Below, one piece after another: positions 36,491 to 56,938 of a stretch of 64,000 nt of DNA. The stretch lies in assembly GCF_964355755.1 (NCBI RefSeq), contig NC_092671.1, forward strand, positions 38,760,304-38,824,303. The letters are read 5' to 3'. This stretch comes from Antedon mediterranea (lineage: Eukaryota; Animalia; Echinodermata). The position numbers were made by a program, and so were the translations under genes. Position 1 is the first letter of the stretch, and each line of letters begins with the position of its first letter. The notes under the pieces were generated by a model, which saw only the letters and a list, made by a program, of their open reading frames with translations, ran no database searches and was not told the DNA's origin.

Positions 36491-38677
36491 TAGAGTCTGT
36501 AATGTTAGCAAAATAAAATAAGCCTACAATATGTAAAATACCAATATTTAAGCTTGGTTCCCACTAGGGCGTAACGCAAGGAAGGAAGTTTAAGCACAAC
36601 GCATGGATGTTAAGATTGGTTCTCACTAGGACGTAACGCAAGGACGTAAGCGCAACGCAAGCGAGCTGACCAATGACAAGCGACAGTTCAAATAATCCAT
36701 CGTGTCTGGTTCGTCAAATTACTTATTATTATCACGTAACAACACGTGTACAGTCATCAGTAAGTGCGCGCGAACCACACAGGCACACATTTCAAATGAA
36801 TGCTCTATATCAAAATGAAGTATTGACAGTACTTACCAAAAAAATACCGTGACTTAATAAAAAATCTCTTTATGATACTAACGTAATAGACATTACATAA
36901 TTAGGAATGATAGCGACGTTTAATATTGTATGCTTGGAGCAAATGAGACTTTTACACAAACATAAAGGTGCAATCTTTTGGAGCTGTTGTTATGATTATT
37001 GATTTGTGTAAAGTGTTATTTGTGTAGTGTAGTGTAGACAGAGCTAAACAACAGAGCTACACTGCAATGCGTATATATTTAACTCTCTTTTTGCTTCTTT
37101 ACACGGTTGATGACGCCGAATAGGTTGTTACTTTTTTTCGTTGTCACTGAGGTAACGTTTACCTACCATAGAAATGGAATAATCCCAAGCGCAACTTGCT
37201 TGCTTGCTAGAGGGCGCAAACAAAACTTTTAGCCACCTACTTACTATAGTCTCGCTAACCTTCGTTTTTTAGTACACCAGGCCACCATTTACTGATTTCA
37301 GTTGACATATGCATTTTGTTTTTGTGTGAGACCAATTTATTACATACATGATGTTTCCCTACTTTTTTCATCTTACTTTACATGCTCTCTCCCTCTCTCT
37401 AAACCTAAAACGATTTAGTGTAGGTTCGAATTCTAATTTAAATACAACTGCAATCGGATGCTACGTTAGGAAGAACTGCCATTGTGTAGGACTGTAGGAA
37501 AAATTGTTTCTATCTCTTTTTCTGTCAATTATCATTTGTTCTTTTTTATGGTTCAGCTTAAATTATTGGTGTGAATACGTTTCAAAATGCTCTCTTTTGT
37601 TTCTTATTCTTTTTCATTTTTAGCCCAATAGTAGTCTTTAATCTAGTATACAATTACCTGTATGTTTAATCAACATTTATTTCAGTTTGTTGTTATTGTT
37701 CTAAATAAACTGCACTGTTGACATCAGCGGTGCGGAGAATGACATTGCGAATTTTTCAAAGATAATTTGGTTGGTAAACGCCCTCTCTCTATTGTTATCA
37801 ATTCTCACATGATCGTCGCGTGTGGCATGTGCGTGGATGTTGTCATTAGGTTTCCAGTCGGTGTCGATAATTGTGTCAAAAAGGGCCAAAACAAATTAAT
37901 TAGGCCTAGGTAATAATATCCGTAATAACTTATAAGTTAAGAGAATTTGTAGCTATACATGATAAGCGTACTTACTAGATACTAGATATTTTAGATCGTA
38001 AACTAAAGTGTTCGATGTAGGCTAGGCCTAGCAGTAGTCTATACTAGCCTAGTACTACTAATCTGAGTACTAAACTACTATATAGGCCCTAGTACTAGCC
38101 TACCTCTAGCTAGGCTAGAAGTAGTAGGCTACTAGCCTAGGCCTAGTAGTAGGCCCTAGCCTAGTAGGTAGTAGGCCTCTAGTGTAGAGGCCTAGCTAGC
38201 TAGTAGGGCTATCTATGGCCTAGCGATAGATACTATATAGGCTATTTAGTATTATTATTAGGCCTAGAGAGAGCATAATATAGGCCTATTATGCCCTAGT
38301 CGCCGTAGTACTACTACTAGACTAGATTCATGGAGTAAAGAATAAGAATAATATTCTTTACTCCATGACTAGATTATAATCTTTTGTTAGGCTAGGCCTA
38401 GTGCTACTCTACTGCACACTAGGCCTACATTGTTAAATAGATAGGTAAGTGGAGGATTTAAGATTCATTAATTGCAGCATGGGATGGTTATTCTTCTGAT
38501 TGATCAATGATGGCGGTACAATTTTCAAATTCTTTGTTGATCCAGCATGACGCAATTTCAACAAGGACTGAAAAATACATGTTCAAAAATACATAGCAAT
38601 TTATAATAATTAAAAAATACAAAAACAACCACCAATTGTTTTTTTTAATTGTTTCTTTAAACTTTCTTTAGTTCGAC

Positions 38678-46155
<7,478 letters not shown>

Positions 46156-46231
46156 TTCAACTTTAAAACATTCTCAGAATACTGACGTCAAACTGTATGC
46201 AATACAATACACATCTTTAAAACAAGACTAA

Positions 46232-46389
46232 AGCTCTGTCTACACTATCTAGTTTGACAAAAAAAGTGTGATGTGCCCAAATATGGTAGTGATATGCCCA
46301 AATATGGTAGTGATATGACTTCATCATGTCTATATATGGGCACATCACATTTTTTTGTCACATAAAGTTTGATAGTGTTGACAGAGCTT
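46232..46389. mobile_element. MITE family A copy (NRAMP 3' UTR region)
   Basis: Same TIRs. Confidence 0.78.
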
Positions 46390-46829
46390 AATGGTGAAAT
46401 ATTCAGATCAAATTCTACACGCACACAAACATGCTAACTATTAAGTATTGAGCATTCATTTGTTTTAACAAAATTTAAAAGCCAAAATAATAATCAATAT
46501 ACCAAATATGTTATATATATTATATATAAAACCAAGCAAAATAATCAAAACTTTGAAAATATAGAAAAAAGTTTGTTTGTAGATTCTAAAAATAAACGAG
46601 GTAGACTAATTAATTAATGAATCATGTTCAATTAATATTTTATTCATTATTATTCATCACTGCCGCCAGGTATAAAAATACAAGAACATGTATTCAACAA
46701 AAATAATTACATAAAATAACAAAGATATGTTAACAATACTTGGACATCAAGTTCAATTGCCTCAATTAGAATGTGGTAACTTTGAAGTGCTATCTTTAAA
46801 TTAATATAATTTCTATTATAATTTTATTA

Positions 46830-47206
46830 CCGTATTTATTTGAATAAACGCCCCACTTAGGATAAATGCCTCGCTCGATTTAAACATCTTAAGAACATTA
46901 TTTGGAGTAAACACCCCATTTATGCATTTCCTTGATTATTTGCCTCACCGGCTAGGCTAGGCTGACATGCATGTATGTACAATATTGTGTTACACACTTC
47001 TATTTGTAGTAGAATTCATTGATTGACATGATCTACAATTTACCAAGTATTTTGATACAATTTGTACTGTGTTTCATCACTCCTCGATATCAATTGTGTT
47101 ATATTTTTTTCATATATAGGGGTATTTATTTAATTATACAAAATAAACAGCTCCCTAAAACTTCCTGAACAATAATCGCCCCAGAGCATTTATCGAATAA
47201 ATACGG
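46830..47206. mobile_element. Tc1/mariner-pogo-type MITE
   Basis: TA|CCGTATTTATTTGAATAAACGCCC ... GAGCATTTATCGAATAAATACGG|TA, i.e. TIRs with a TA duplication. Confidence 0.75.
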
Positions 47207-47762
47207 TATTTAAAAAAGAAAATTTTAAGGTTAATTTAAATTTATATGAATTGGGTATATTTAATTCCACTTACTTGGTTCAAATGTTTTTTCTACTTTA
47301 CATAAAAGATAAATGTTTTATAAATACAGTGTATTAAATTAAATCTATTTTACTGTGCAATGCAAATGTCTGGTAGAGAGCCAACAATTTGTTAGCTAAA
47401 ACAGACGCCTTTTAAGTTTAATAAATGTAAATTATTTTTTTAAAGAATATTTATACAAAAACTATATTTGCATGGCTAGGACGTCTTCGGTGTATTTTTG
47501 TATTCAGGGATAATTCCATATTTGGGATATTTTTTTTGTCATTTGATTGAAATTGAAGAAAGTACTTAATAAGTTGGTCCAGTATGTGTAAATAATTTTA
47601 TTATCAAAAGTAAACAAAATCTACTACTAGTACTAAACACCTATATTACATTTGATTTATTTGGGTGAACACCGATATCGAAAATAAAGAACATGCAAAA
47701 AAGTTTTTTTAAGTTATGTTCTTTTATTTTTTGTTAAAATAATTAATCTTAATTCATATTTC

Positions 47763-50450
47763 TTATAGCTTATTTAATAATAACTTGGATATTTCACTAA
47801 TAATCTTTGGATGTGTCACGCATTGTAAAATCGTCTTTACATCGACATTCTGTTCGTTATTATGTCCAGCAATGTCCATTACTTCCTGCTTGATGTCTTT
47901 GGACATTTGACGTGGCACAATTTCTGCAATTACGCCGATCTCTCTGAAAAAATTCATACAATGTTTATTACTGGAGGCAGTATATCTTTTTGTCTTTACC
48001 TCCGAAACATCGCCTTCATCACTATGGATCAGTTTTCTTTTACGATGGCATTTTGCAGATTGGTCATCTTCTAATGACCGTCCAACAGCAGGGTTGTCCA
48101 TTGCATGACATCTTTGAGAGTAGCCAACATCTGTATTTTCAGAATCTTCATGTAATATCCTTTTTACCTTTGTCTTCTTAATATTGTTCATTATTTCGTT
48201 TATGTATTCCAAGTTGACATCCATTGAAACAATACTCTAGACAATGGAAAAACAAATTGTATTATTGAAGTGGAATGGAGTTGTGGCTTGGTGGTTATGA
48301 TGCTTGGCTGCCAATTCATGGGTTCAAGTCCTGTCATGTCAGGATTTTTTCTAATGACGATTTACAACTCCACTTCCATAGACTTGTAATAAGACTTTGT
48401 TTATGTACAGCATCTTGTGTATATGTTTGTCTTGTGAACAGGATTGCCACCTTTAAGAAGGATAGTGAATGAATTCGTTTATGGTTATCCTTGGCAATTT
48501 GTATAAATATATAACAAATAAACAAACGTATTATAAAATTGAATGCAAACTAAATATAAAAACAGAATTTGCATGTGCTATAAACAGCCATTTTGAATCA
48601 TGCTGGAAGACATGGTATTCAGTTTTCATCTATAGTGAAATGTAAATTAAGAACATTGGCATTTGTTGCATATTTTTTGCCCATTATATATACACAAAAC
48701 AAAAACACTCAAAACATGTCTTTTTAATCAAAACATATTTACAATTACAATATTTACGACGTTATATTTTACTACCTCTGTGGGATTAAGCCAGTCTCCA
48801 CTTTCTTGATCATTTTTTTCATAAAACCTGCTAAACACTGCCCTCGTGATGGCTTCTTGTAAACGACATTCATCGTCAACAGGCTTTAAAAAAAATATTC
48901 AGAAACACAATTTACAAAAGTGATTAATAGTGAAAATAATAAACCAAATATTGTTACTTACTAAGTTCATCCAGCAGTTGACACTAACACTCGTTTCTAA
49001 GGACTCTACGTAATGCCACCAATGGTGCGGGACAACCAGGATGTCACCCGGCTGAAGCGTCACGATATACGGTGTCGCTGACTGGAATAACGAGTGTTTC
49101 ACAAGGTCAGGGTTCATGATGTTGACTTCGCTAAAAACACTTGATTCTTCATACGGTATCCGTGTTGGGTATAGGAACTCGGTTTGATCCGGTGAGAACA
49201 GATACCATTTCTTTCTAGATAAAAAAAATTGAAAAAATGTACAATGTACACCTGTATTATGTAAATATGTGGTATTACAGAAAACTGACTAGTGTTATTT
49301 GTTGTACTCCTTTTTGTTATGTGCATTGTTTTGATGAGATGAATAAAGAGATTGATTGATTACATGAAGATTTAAGGAATTGTGATTCGTAGACGGCAAT
49401 TTTGTTAACGCACTTTCCAACTACTTGCAGCACCAAGTTGCAACCATACGAATCGTAATGACATGGTGTGTTGGCGCCCTCACTACCGATCCAGAGGGTG
49501 CTATCATAACCATCACGACCCTCAAATCCAAGAGTTGACCAACAAACCTCCTGTAAAGTAGAATATTTAAAAAGTAAACACTTTTTATTTGGAACAAATT
49601 TTGAGAATTAGGTACAATACCAATGATTTACAATTGTCTATACCATTTACAATCAACAAGCATATTAGTACTAGGCCTTTATAGTTCAATTATTTTTAGA
49701 TTATTTAACTATTATTTAGTTTTACTTTCAAAATATCTTGGTTTTCTGAAAACATCTCAGCCATATACTTATAATCAGCATAACACCAGTAGATCTCTGG
49801 GTTGTATTTCATCAGTGGATTGTCATCCCGCGATGTTTTGTTTGTTTGGTTTTGAGAGGACGATGGTGCTGATGCAGCACTTTCAGTCGATTCGCACCAT
49901 TCCATCAAGTTTGTCATGGTTGCCATTTCATATACGCATTCACCTTCCCATTGTGCTGTAAGAAGAACAAGAACATAAATTGGTTAAAATTAAACAGGAA
50001 ATGCGCAACATGTTCAACGAGTACACCGACTTTAAAAAATTTGAGAGAACCAGACTCGAGTCATACCAAATATCTGCAAATTCGTTATGTGTTGATACTG
50101 TTAGTGCACCCATTTGCCTTAACTGCTATCTCTGTTATTTGGTGGAGAGATACCTTTTTAGTTTTTTAAATCAAATAAAAGTGAAACTCCCTTAATTGGG
50201 TCCCCTGTGATTGTGAATATAAATTATAGATAGATATAGTGTCACTCTCAGTTTTAGTACCTTTATCTTTGTACCCTATTCTAATTTTGATCAACTTTTC
50301 TTTTAAAGACTCGCAAAACTTATGTAATCCCCATTTTGAGCAGGGCCAGTTTTTGGCACAGTCTTTTAAAACTACCGGGCTTTCTACATTCTCCTCAAGA
50401 AGAAATTTTGCAACACATCTCAACCTTGTAACTTCTTCCTCCACTTCCAT
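47763..50450 (-). CDS. HSPBAP1: HSPB1-associated protein 1 (JmjC/cupin-like domain), 6 exons, ~463 aa
   Basis: Exons 50450-50261, 49955-49726, 49550-49414, 49214-48962, 48883-48776, 48236-47763. Motifs: YWCYADYKYM, STLWIGSEGANTPCHYDSYGCNLV (HxD), YEESSVFSEVN, LQPGDILVVPHHWWHYVES, WLNPTE. Confidence 0.9.
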
Positions 50451-50600
50451 GTTTTGTCTACGTTTTTGTTGACAATCTCGTTTTGTTGAGCGCCCTCAAG
50501 CAATCCTGGGAATTTTTTAGAGGGCGCTTTTTTGGTCTGTCGATCGAAAAACTGGCCTAAAAAATTGTTCTTAAAAAATTGCATTAGTTTAGCGTTTATA
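50451..50600. promoter_or_regulatory. Bidirectional promoter between HSPBAP1 and NDUFA8
   Basis: The two start codons are divergent and only 150 bp apart. The spacer holds an inverted pair of AGCGCCCTC / GAGGGCGCT motifs. Confidence 0.7.
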
Positions 50601-52707
50601 ATGTCTACCCCAAATATTATTCATTTACCAAGTGATGAAGATTTAGATGTTCCAGTTGTGCCATTAACGTCGTCCGCTTTAAAAGCAGGAGCTCACCATT
50701 ATGCTCGCTATTGTGACAAACAAAATAAGGTAGGCTAGGGCTCACTCAAACTCACCGTGCCGTGGTGGTGTGACTCGACCGGCCTGAATCCGGCCTAGGC
50801 TTGGCTAGTAGGTAGAGCAGCCTAGGCTGTGAGGGTTAGACCTACAAGTCTGAAAAATAAGAGGCTAGTAACCCTCTAGCTAGATCAGGTTAGGTAGAGG
50901 CCAGTAGGCCTGTCACGATAAATATGGTCCGGGGCCAAAATCGGTCCGGCCGGACCAGTTTTGGCTCTAAAATTGTGGCCAAAAGCAGTCCGCCACTGCC
51001 AAAATCGGCCGGGCTTTTCTTCTGTCGATTTTAATTGAATTACTAGGCCTATGATGCTGTTGTTTATGGCTAGAAAAATATCCCATGATATATATTAGTA
51101 AGTTATCTTGTCGGATAAATACTATAGTATAAAATAAATGTATTTTATCTAAAAACATGACTTAGGTGTTCACTCATATTTCGGCCTGCCACACACTCAC
51201 ACGAACGGGTATGAGACGCTGATATTGCCAGCTAGATTTTATTTATGATTGAGGCCTTTTTCCTTCTTCAGCCTAATCAATATTGGATAATTGTTTTATA
51301 ATAATTGTATTGAATTGATATATTGATTGATTAACCATAAATAATTAATAAATTAAATTGTTTTTAACATCATGGGGAAACGAAGATGTTAAAAAAGAAC
51401 AAAATGGATTAAAAACAGGCAGAGATACATATTGTATACAAGAAGCCTAACAATTAGTACTAATTATTGATGAGTTACTACTAATAATGATAATAAAAAA
51501 AACAGGCTTAATTTATAATAATAAAATAACAAATAAAACCCCGTAGTTTTCAATATAATGACTAATCATGGCCTTTTTTTAATATACATTATGACTCATT
51601 TTGCGCACCATATATTTGTAAGACCGGACCATATTTGGCGGCCAAAAACAGTCCTACTGCCCGGACAGATTTTATCCAGGTCGGACCAATTTTGGCCGCC
51701 GGACAGGTTTTGGCAGCCATAAATGGTCCCCCGGACTGATTTTGGTGTGACAGGCCCAAGTAAGGCCCTCCCCTGAGTTAGTCCATTATTTTATTGTTTA
51801 TTTATAATAGCCTGTCTACTAGGCTAGGCCTTTATATAGGCCTAGGTTTATTTTATAGCCTAGAATAGGTAAATTGATAAATTTATAATTATTTTAGTTT
51901 ATATCATCTATAAATAAAGTATAATAAATATAATAATAATAATAAATAGACCATGCATGGCATGCCGATAGAAAAATCACACAATGCATCCTCCATGTTT
52001 TTACAATTTTTGTTTCAGGAGTTCAAATTATGTAAAGCAGAAGAAATGGATCCCCGCAAATGCTTGAATGAAGGCAAGGATGTGACAGTGTGCGCTTTTG
52101 ACTTCTTCCAACAGTTAAGGAAACATTGCAATGATTCGTTCACAGAATACTGGACGTGTCTTGACTACAGACAACAAAAACTTTACAAGTATGTTGAACT
52201 TTAATTTTGCTGCTTGAATATCTAGGCCTATATCTTTTTTTCAAGATTATTATAGGCTTAATTATAATGTATATATAATTTATTAATAATAATATTTTCT
52301 TCTTTATTAATACAATATTTGATCATTTACTAATAATAATGTCATTTGCTGTTTCTTTCAGATGTCGTCAAAAGCAAGCTGAGTTTGATAAATGTGTATT
52401 AGATGAACTTGGCTGGATTCGACCTAAGCTTGGGGAAATAAACACGGTTAGTTTGTGCTACATTTGTAAATGTTTTCACTTCAGTAAACATTCGCATGAA
52501 TATACGGGTTATGTGAAATGGTTAATCTGTACGAGTTGACTAATTCTAATTTATATTTACGCTGTTTTATAGGTAACAGTTCACAAGACCGATCGTCCAC
52601 TGCCTGTCCGTACGTTACGGCCAAAACCAGAACCCACCCCTGAAATTGAGATACCAGATAACCTACCTCCTTCAAAGCTTGGCTCCAAGTTTTTCTTCTT
52701 TTGGTAG
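50601..52707 (+). CDS. NDUFA8: NADH dehydrogenase (ubiquinone) 1 alpha subcomplex subunit 8, 4 exons, 172 aa
   Basis: Exons 50601-50729, 52019-52188, 52362-52446, 52573-52707. [23 protein letters not shown]9C pairs ([44 protein letters not shown]), C-terminal GSKFFFFW. Confidence 0.95.
50907..51756. mobile_element. Non-autonomous DNA transposon in NDUFA8 intron 1
   Basis: GGCCTGTCAC / GTGACAGGCC termini; subterminal GGTCCG/CGGAC and GCCAAAA repeats at both ends. No clean target-site duplication found. Confidence 0.65.
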
Positions 52708-53124
52708 AGTTCTTGAAACTAATCCATTTGAATAGAACTTTATATTAGAAGTAAGCCGATGTTTATTAAAAAAAGCAGAGGAAATGTTACTGCAGTGATG
52801 GAATGTTACTGCAGTGATCGAAAAAGTGTTTTCCAGAATAATAGATGATTTATTAAATGAAATATTTCAACAACTTAATTATAGAATTGGATTTTTGAAC
52901 ATCAAATAAAACAAAATGTTTGTGTGCAGGAGAGAATGTAAAATGTATTACAGAAGAACTATTGCATACTTTATTCAACTTACCTAACTATTGTGCCAAT
53001 TGCCCTAAACAATCATATTGAATGATTTAACAGTAATAAAGTGAGTTAAGTTGATGAAATGTTTGATTATTGTATTCCTTGGGGTTTTTTTCCAATGAGA
53101 ATACAGTACATACAACAATAACAA

Positions 53125-55769
53125 TTATGTTTCTGCACTAAAGAAATTTACAATTTTCTCGGCTGTTTCTGATGCTAGACTTGTATGATCCAGCAGTTGT
53201 TGTTTTGTAGCATTCACAATGTTTAAAAGACTACCGCAACCTTGCTGTAGAACAAAGCACTGTGAGCAGACAGTTAAGAACAAATACATAATATGTGTTT
53301 ACTCTATACTATTTTAATGTTTTATGTTCCGCTCAATCTGCCGGCTCTTTATTATGTATGGAATATACGTACATCAGTTGTACATAGAAGAAAAAATACG
53401 ATTGCTGTACGTATAACTAGGCGCTAAAAAAGGATATGATGATCCGTGAGACCAATGGCCGAGAGGCTTCTCAATATCATTGCATCATCTACGTGTCTCG
53501 TAGCAAGCGTATCTAACCTCTGTTTAAAAATTCCTGATGCATGCTTTCCTTTGGCCTGCAAGAATGCCATTGTTTGCCTTTTTAATAACATTTTAAGTTA
53601 CACTCTTTCTTGTTGAAGAGAGGTGTACTAATAAAGTAATACTTACTAAACCTGGCTGTATGCTAACTAACCTTTGCAATCATGGCCATTATTTTAGCTG
53701 TTTCACTATCACTATGTGAGGGTAGTATCTTCATCTTACTAGCAAAAACACTGGAAAGACAAAGTTCAAATATTTTTCAAGAAATCGCGAAATGCAATAT
53801 ATGTGCATATGATATGTTATAAATAACTGGTTACAAACACTCTATAAGATGATGATAACGCAATATATGCGCATATATTGCAATATTATCACATGATAAT
53901 TGCATTTTAAAAAGTGGATATTTTGGCCATTTAAAAAAAAAATTCCTGTACTATATAGCAAGGGATTTTTTTTCGGAAAATGGCCAAATTTCGACCTTTT
54001 TATTTTTCGACATAAATGGTTACTATACGTCTATAAGATGATTATAACGCAATATATGCGCATATATAGCAATATTATTGCATAATAACACTATTTTAAA
54101 AAGTGCTTATTTTGCCAATTTTTTGAAAAAATCCCTGTACTATTAGTAAGGGATTTTTTTGGAAAATGGCCAAATTTCAACCTTTTTATTTTTCGACAAA
54201 AATGGTTACTATACGTCTATAAGATGATTATAACGCAATATATGCGCATATATAGCAATATTATTGCATAATAACACTATTTTAAAAAGTAGATATTTTG
54301 GCCATTTTCGAACAAAATCCCTGTACTATAGTACAGGGATTTTTTCCAAAAATGACCAAATTTCGACCATTTTATTTTTCGAAATAAATAGTTGCAAACA
54401 CTCTATAAGATGACGATAACGCAATATTATTATTATTATATTATATATGCACATATATTGCAATATTATCGCATAAGTGGATTTTTTTTATATTACAGGG
54501 GTAATTAGTGGTTGTGCACATTACTATACCTTTAAACTTACCTGTTTTGTAAGGCAAACATGATAGACAATTCCCTCTGTTCATGCAGAGCAGATGACAG
54601 AATTAAGTAGCAGTTCTGATGACCACTTTGTAATTGCTTCAGCCTGTTAACAAAAACAAAACAAATATTAGTTCCAGCTCTTATCTCTTCAACGCATTGC
54701 CATATGATTGAGCAAATGCAACATCTGTGAAAGTTTTTGAAGCAAAAGTATTGATCAAATAAGGACTTTAATACCATTCTGGGCTACAAGGCATAATTCT
54801 GACTGTGGGTCACAAGAGGCAAATTAGCCTATGTAATATATACCCACACCCAACAAGCTTTTCCCTGCCCTTCCTCTGTTGATCTCCAGTCTCCAGTGTT
54901 CCGGCTCTGTTCAAGCCACTGGGTTGTCAAAGGCCACAGCCATGATATCAGTAGGTCAAAGGTCATGTCACCAACTTACACCAGTAATTAACTAAACCTG
55001 AATGGGTCTTTATGTTTAACTAATTTTCATTTGTGTAAAAGGTGTTATTGCTCTTGATTGCAGATTGCACACATTTATTTTCTCCGCTAAACAAAATCTC
55101 ACCTGCCAATCATCTGAAGTAAAAGGTCAACCTGTTGACCTGAATTAGGCTGTTGAGTGATAGTGCTGGCATCATCAGCTCTTATAAGTAAAAATGTGAC
55201 AGTTGAAAGTGGAAAGATGCAAGTATCCTTGGGTGTACTTTCTGAAACTTCAAATAAGAAATTCAATGTTGGTAAAATAATTTACCAACACAATCAACTC
55301 TCTATTATTTCTTACCATTAAAAACACCAATTAACCAGACATATAGCATAGGCAGCCCAAGCAAGGGAAAGCCTCCTCCTCTCTAACCATGTCCTAAACT
55401 AAGGCCTAACAGATACAAATGGTCAATAAATGCCTTTCATCATCATTCCAATATGGCTAGTTAGTTGTACTAGGTAGTGTTTAGGCCTAGGCTAGCCTAT
55501 AAAAGATCATAAGTAGGGACTCATTTTATCCGCTAGGCTACATACAGTAGGGCCTAAACTCTCTAGAAGTAGGCCTAGCCCTAGGTAGGCTAGAGGCTAG
55601 GCCTAGGCCTAGTACATCATTAGAGTTATTCTAGTATAGTAGACCTAGCCTAGCCTATTCATTCTATTTACTTACGTCTCACTTTATACTGTTTTTGTAA
55701 ACACCTAAAGATATCACAGTCAGCTAGGCTAGTATTGATAATAACAGGGTCAATGCTATGTTTTGCCAT
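53125..55769 (-). CDS. SPO16: SPO16/SCRE (C1orf146)-like meiotic ZZS-complex protein, ERCC1-like fold plus C-terminal HhH-like domain, 6 exons, 224 aa
   Basis: Exons 55769-55676, 55247-55103, 54643-54542, 53750-53672, 53555-53438, 53261-53125. Translation: MAKHSIDPVIINTSL...YKVRLSESTPKDTCIFPLSTVTFLL...HQNCYLILSSALHEQRELSIMFALQNSVFASKMKILPSHS...AMIAK. This matches human C1orf146 as recalled (HKVRYSDS..SIIFSLSGVAFLL..HQNSFLVLSAALHG..LRILPVHN..TIAK). The last intron is AT-AC. Confidence 0.82.
53262..53437 (-). other. U12-type (minor spliceosome) AT-AC intron of the SPO16-like gene, 176 nt
   Basis: Minus strand: 5' site C|ATATCCTTTT (U12 consensus RTATCCTTT), branch site TTCTTAAC at 53280-53273, 3' end ...CTGCTCAC|AG. 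Splicing at AC keeps the frame to TAA at 53125. Confidence 0.85.
53790..54490. repeat. ~185-bp tandem repeat, ~3.5 copies, with internal palindromes, in SPO16-like intron 3
   Basis: Recurring CTATAAGATGAT.ATAACGCAATATATGCGCATATA and ATCCCTGTACTAT...AGGGATTTTT. Confidence 0.88.
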
Positions 55770-55819
55770 TTGTTGTAAATTTGTTCTATGCTAGGCCTAG
55801 CCTAGGTAGGTTTGTATGA

Positions 55820-55970
55820 GGAGAGGTTTGAAGGCCAGCTCGTTAGTAGGCCAGCTAGCTGTGGCAGTCCGACCGTTTCACGTGGTACCATTACTCTGAT
55901 TGGTTAAAATAGTTAGACCTACGGTGTCATTTGATTGGTTAGAATTTTGGGCCTCTCTGATTGGTCAAAT
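55820..55970 (-). promoter_or_regulatory. Putative SPO16-like promoter: three CCAAT boxes and an E-box
   Basis: ATTGG at 55899, 55934 and 55960 (CCAAT on the gene strand) and CACGTG at 55879, all 110-200 bp upstream of the ATG. Confidence 0.5.
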
Positions 55971-56480
55971 GTTAGAAAAGAAGGCGGAGTTAAAAAAATG
56001 AAAAACTATTTAGTGACTTTGACGTTATTTCAATTAAAGGTAATACCAATGATTTATCATAATTTAAATCAGCATTTTACAATTGAATTTCCACCTAATA
56101 TTTATTCATACTATATATACATAATATATTTTATTTGTTTCTAAAATAAAATCAATTTTGTATATTCGTGTTTTTAAAATAGTCTTAATACATACAGGTA
56201 TATAACAATTTAGTACATTTACTAAATAAATATAAACAAATATTGCTTCATGTAGCATTCAATAACATCCTTTTAAATGCAGTTTTTCAGATTACAATTA
56301 ATTTTATATTGAGGTAAAAGACAAACACAAACTAAACTTTTAATCAATTTAGTGAAATTGATGTCTAACAATGCCTAACTTAAACTATGGGTGTGATACT
56401 TACAGAAGATAATGATGATCTTCTATAATATTATGATCCAAATGAAAATATTTCAAGATGTGTGTGACTATTTTGCTTTC

Positions 56481-56662
56481 AAGCTCTGTCTACACTATCA
56501 AACTAGTTTGACAAAAAAAGGTGTGATGACACCAAATATGGTAGTGATATTCACAAATATTGTAGTTGTATGACATCATCATGTCCATATAGGGGCACAT
56601 CACATTTTTTGTCAAACTAGTTTGACAGTGTCACATAAAGGTTTATCGTGTAGACAGAGCTT
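56481..56662. mobile_element. MITE family A copy
   Basis: Same TIRs. Confidence 0.75.
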
Positions 56663-56938
56663 TACACACAAGATTTTAAAAAAGCCTTTTAATTCAAACC
56701 AATATAAAAAAATGGTTAAAATAACAAAATAATAAATTAAAGAAGGAAAATTAAACCTTCACAATCACTGACCTAACCATAATGTAAGTAACTCGCCAAC
56801 TGCAGGCACACAAGGTATTTCCATTTAAAATAAAATATATTGAAAACGAGGAACAAAATGGATGGAGGACGAACGGAGAAAACAACAATAGCGCTTATGG
56901 CTTAGGTTACACTTTTTCAACAATATGCTTCTCCCCTA

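Noticed and set aside
48275-48340. tRNA-like sequence (also about 42740-42790 and 33682-33757)
   Set aside because: A/B-box-like motifs but no complete cloverleaf; most likely decayed tRNA-derived SINE heads.
55103-55113. 11-nt microexon (ttcag ATGATTGGCAG gtgag) or snoRNA-host gene
   Set aside because: It is the 3' end of the longer in-frame SPO16-like exon 2 (55247-55103).
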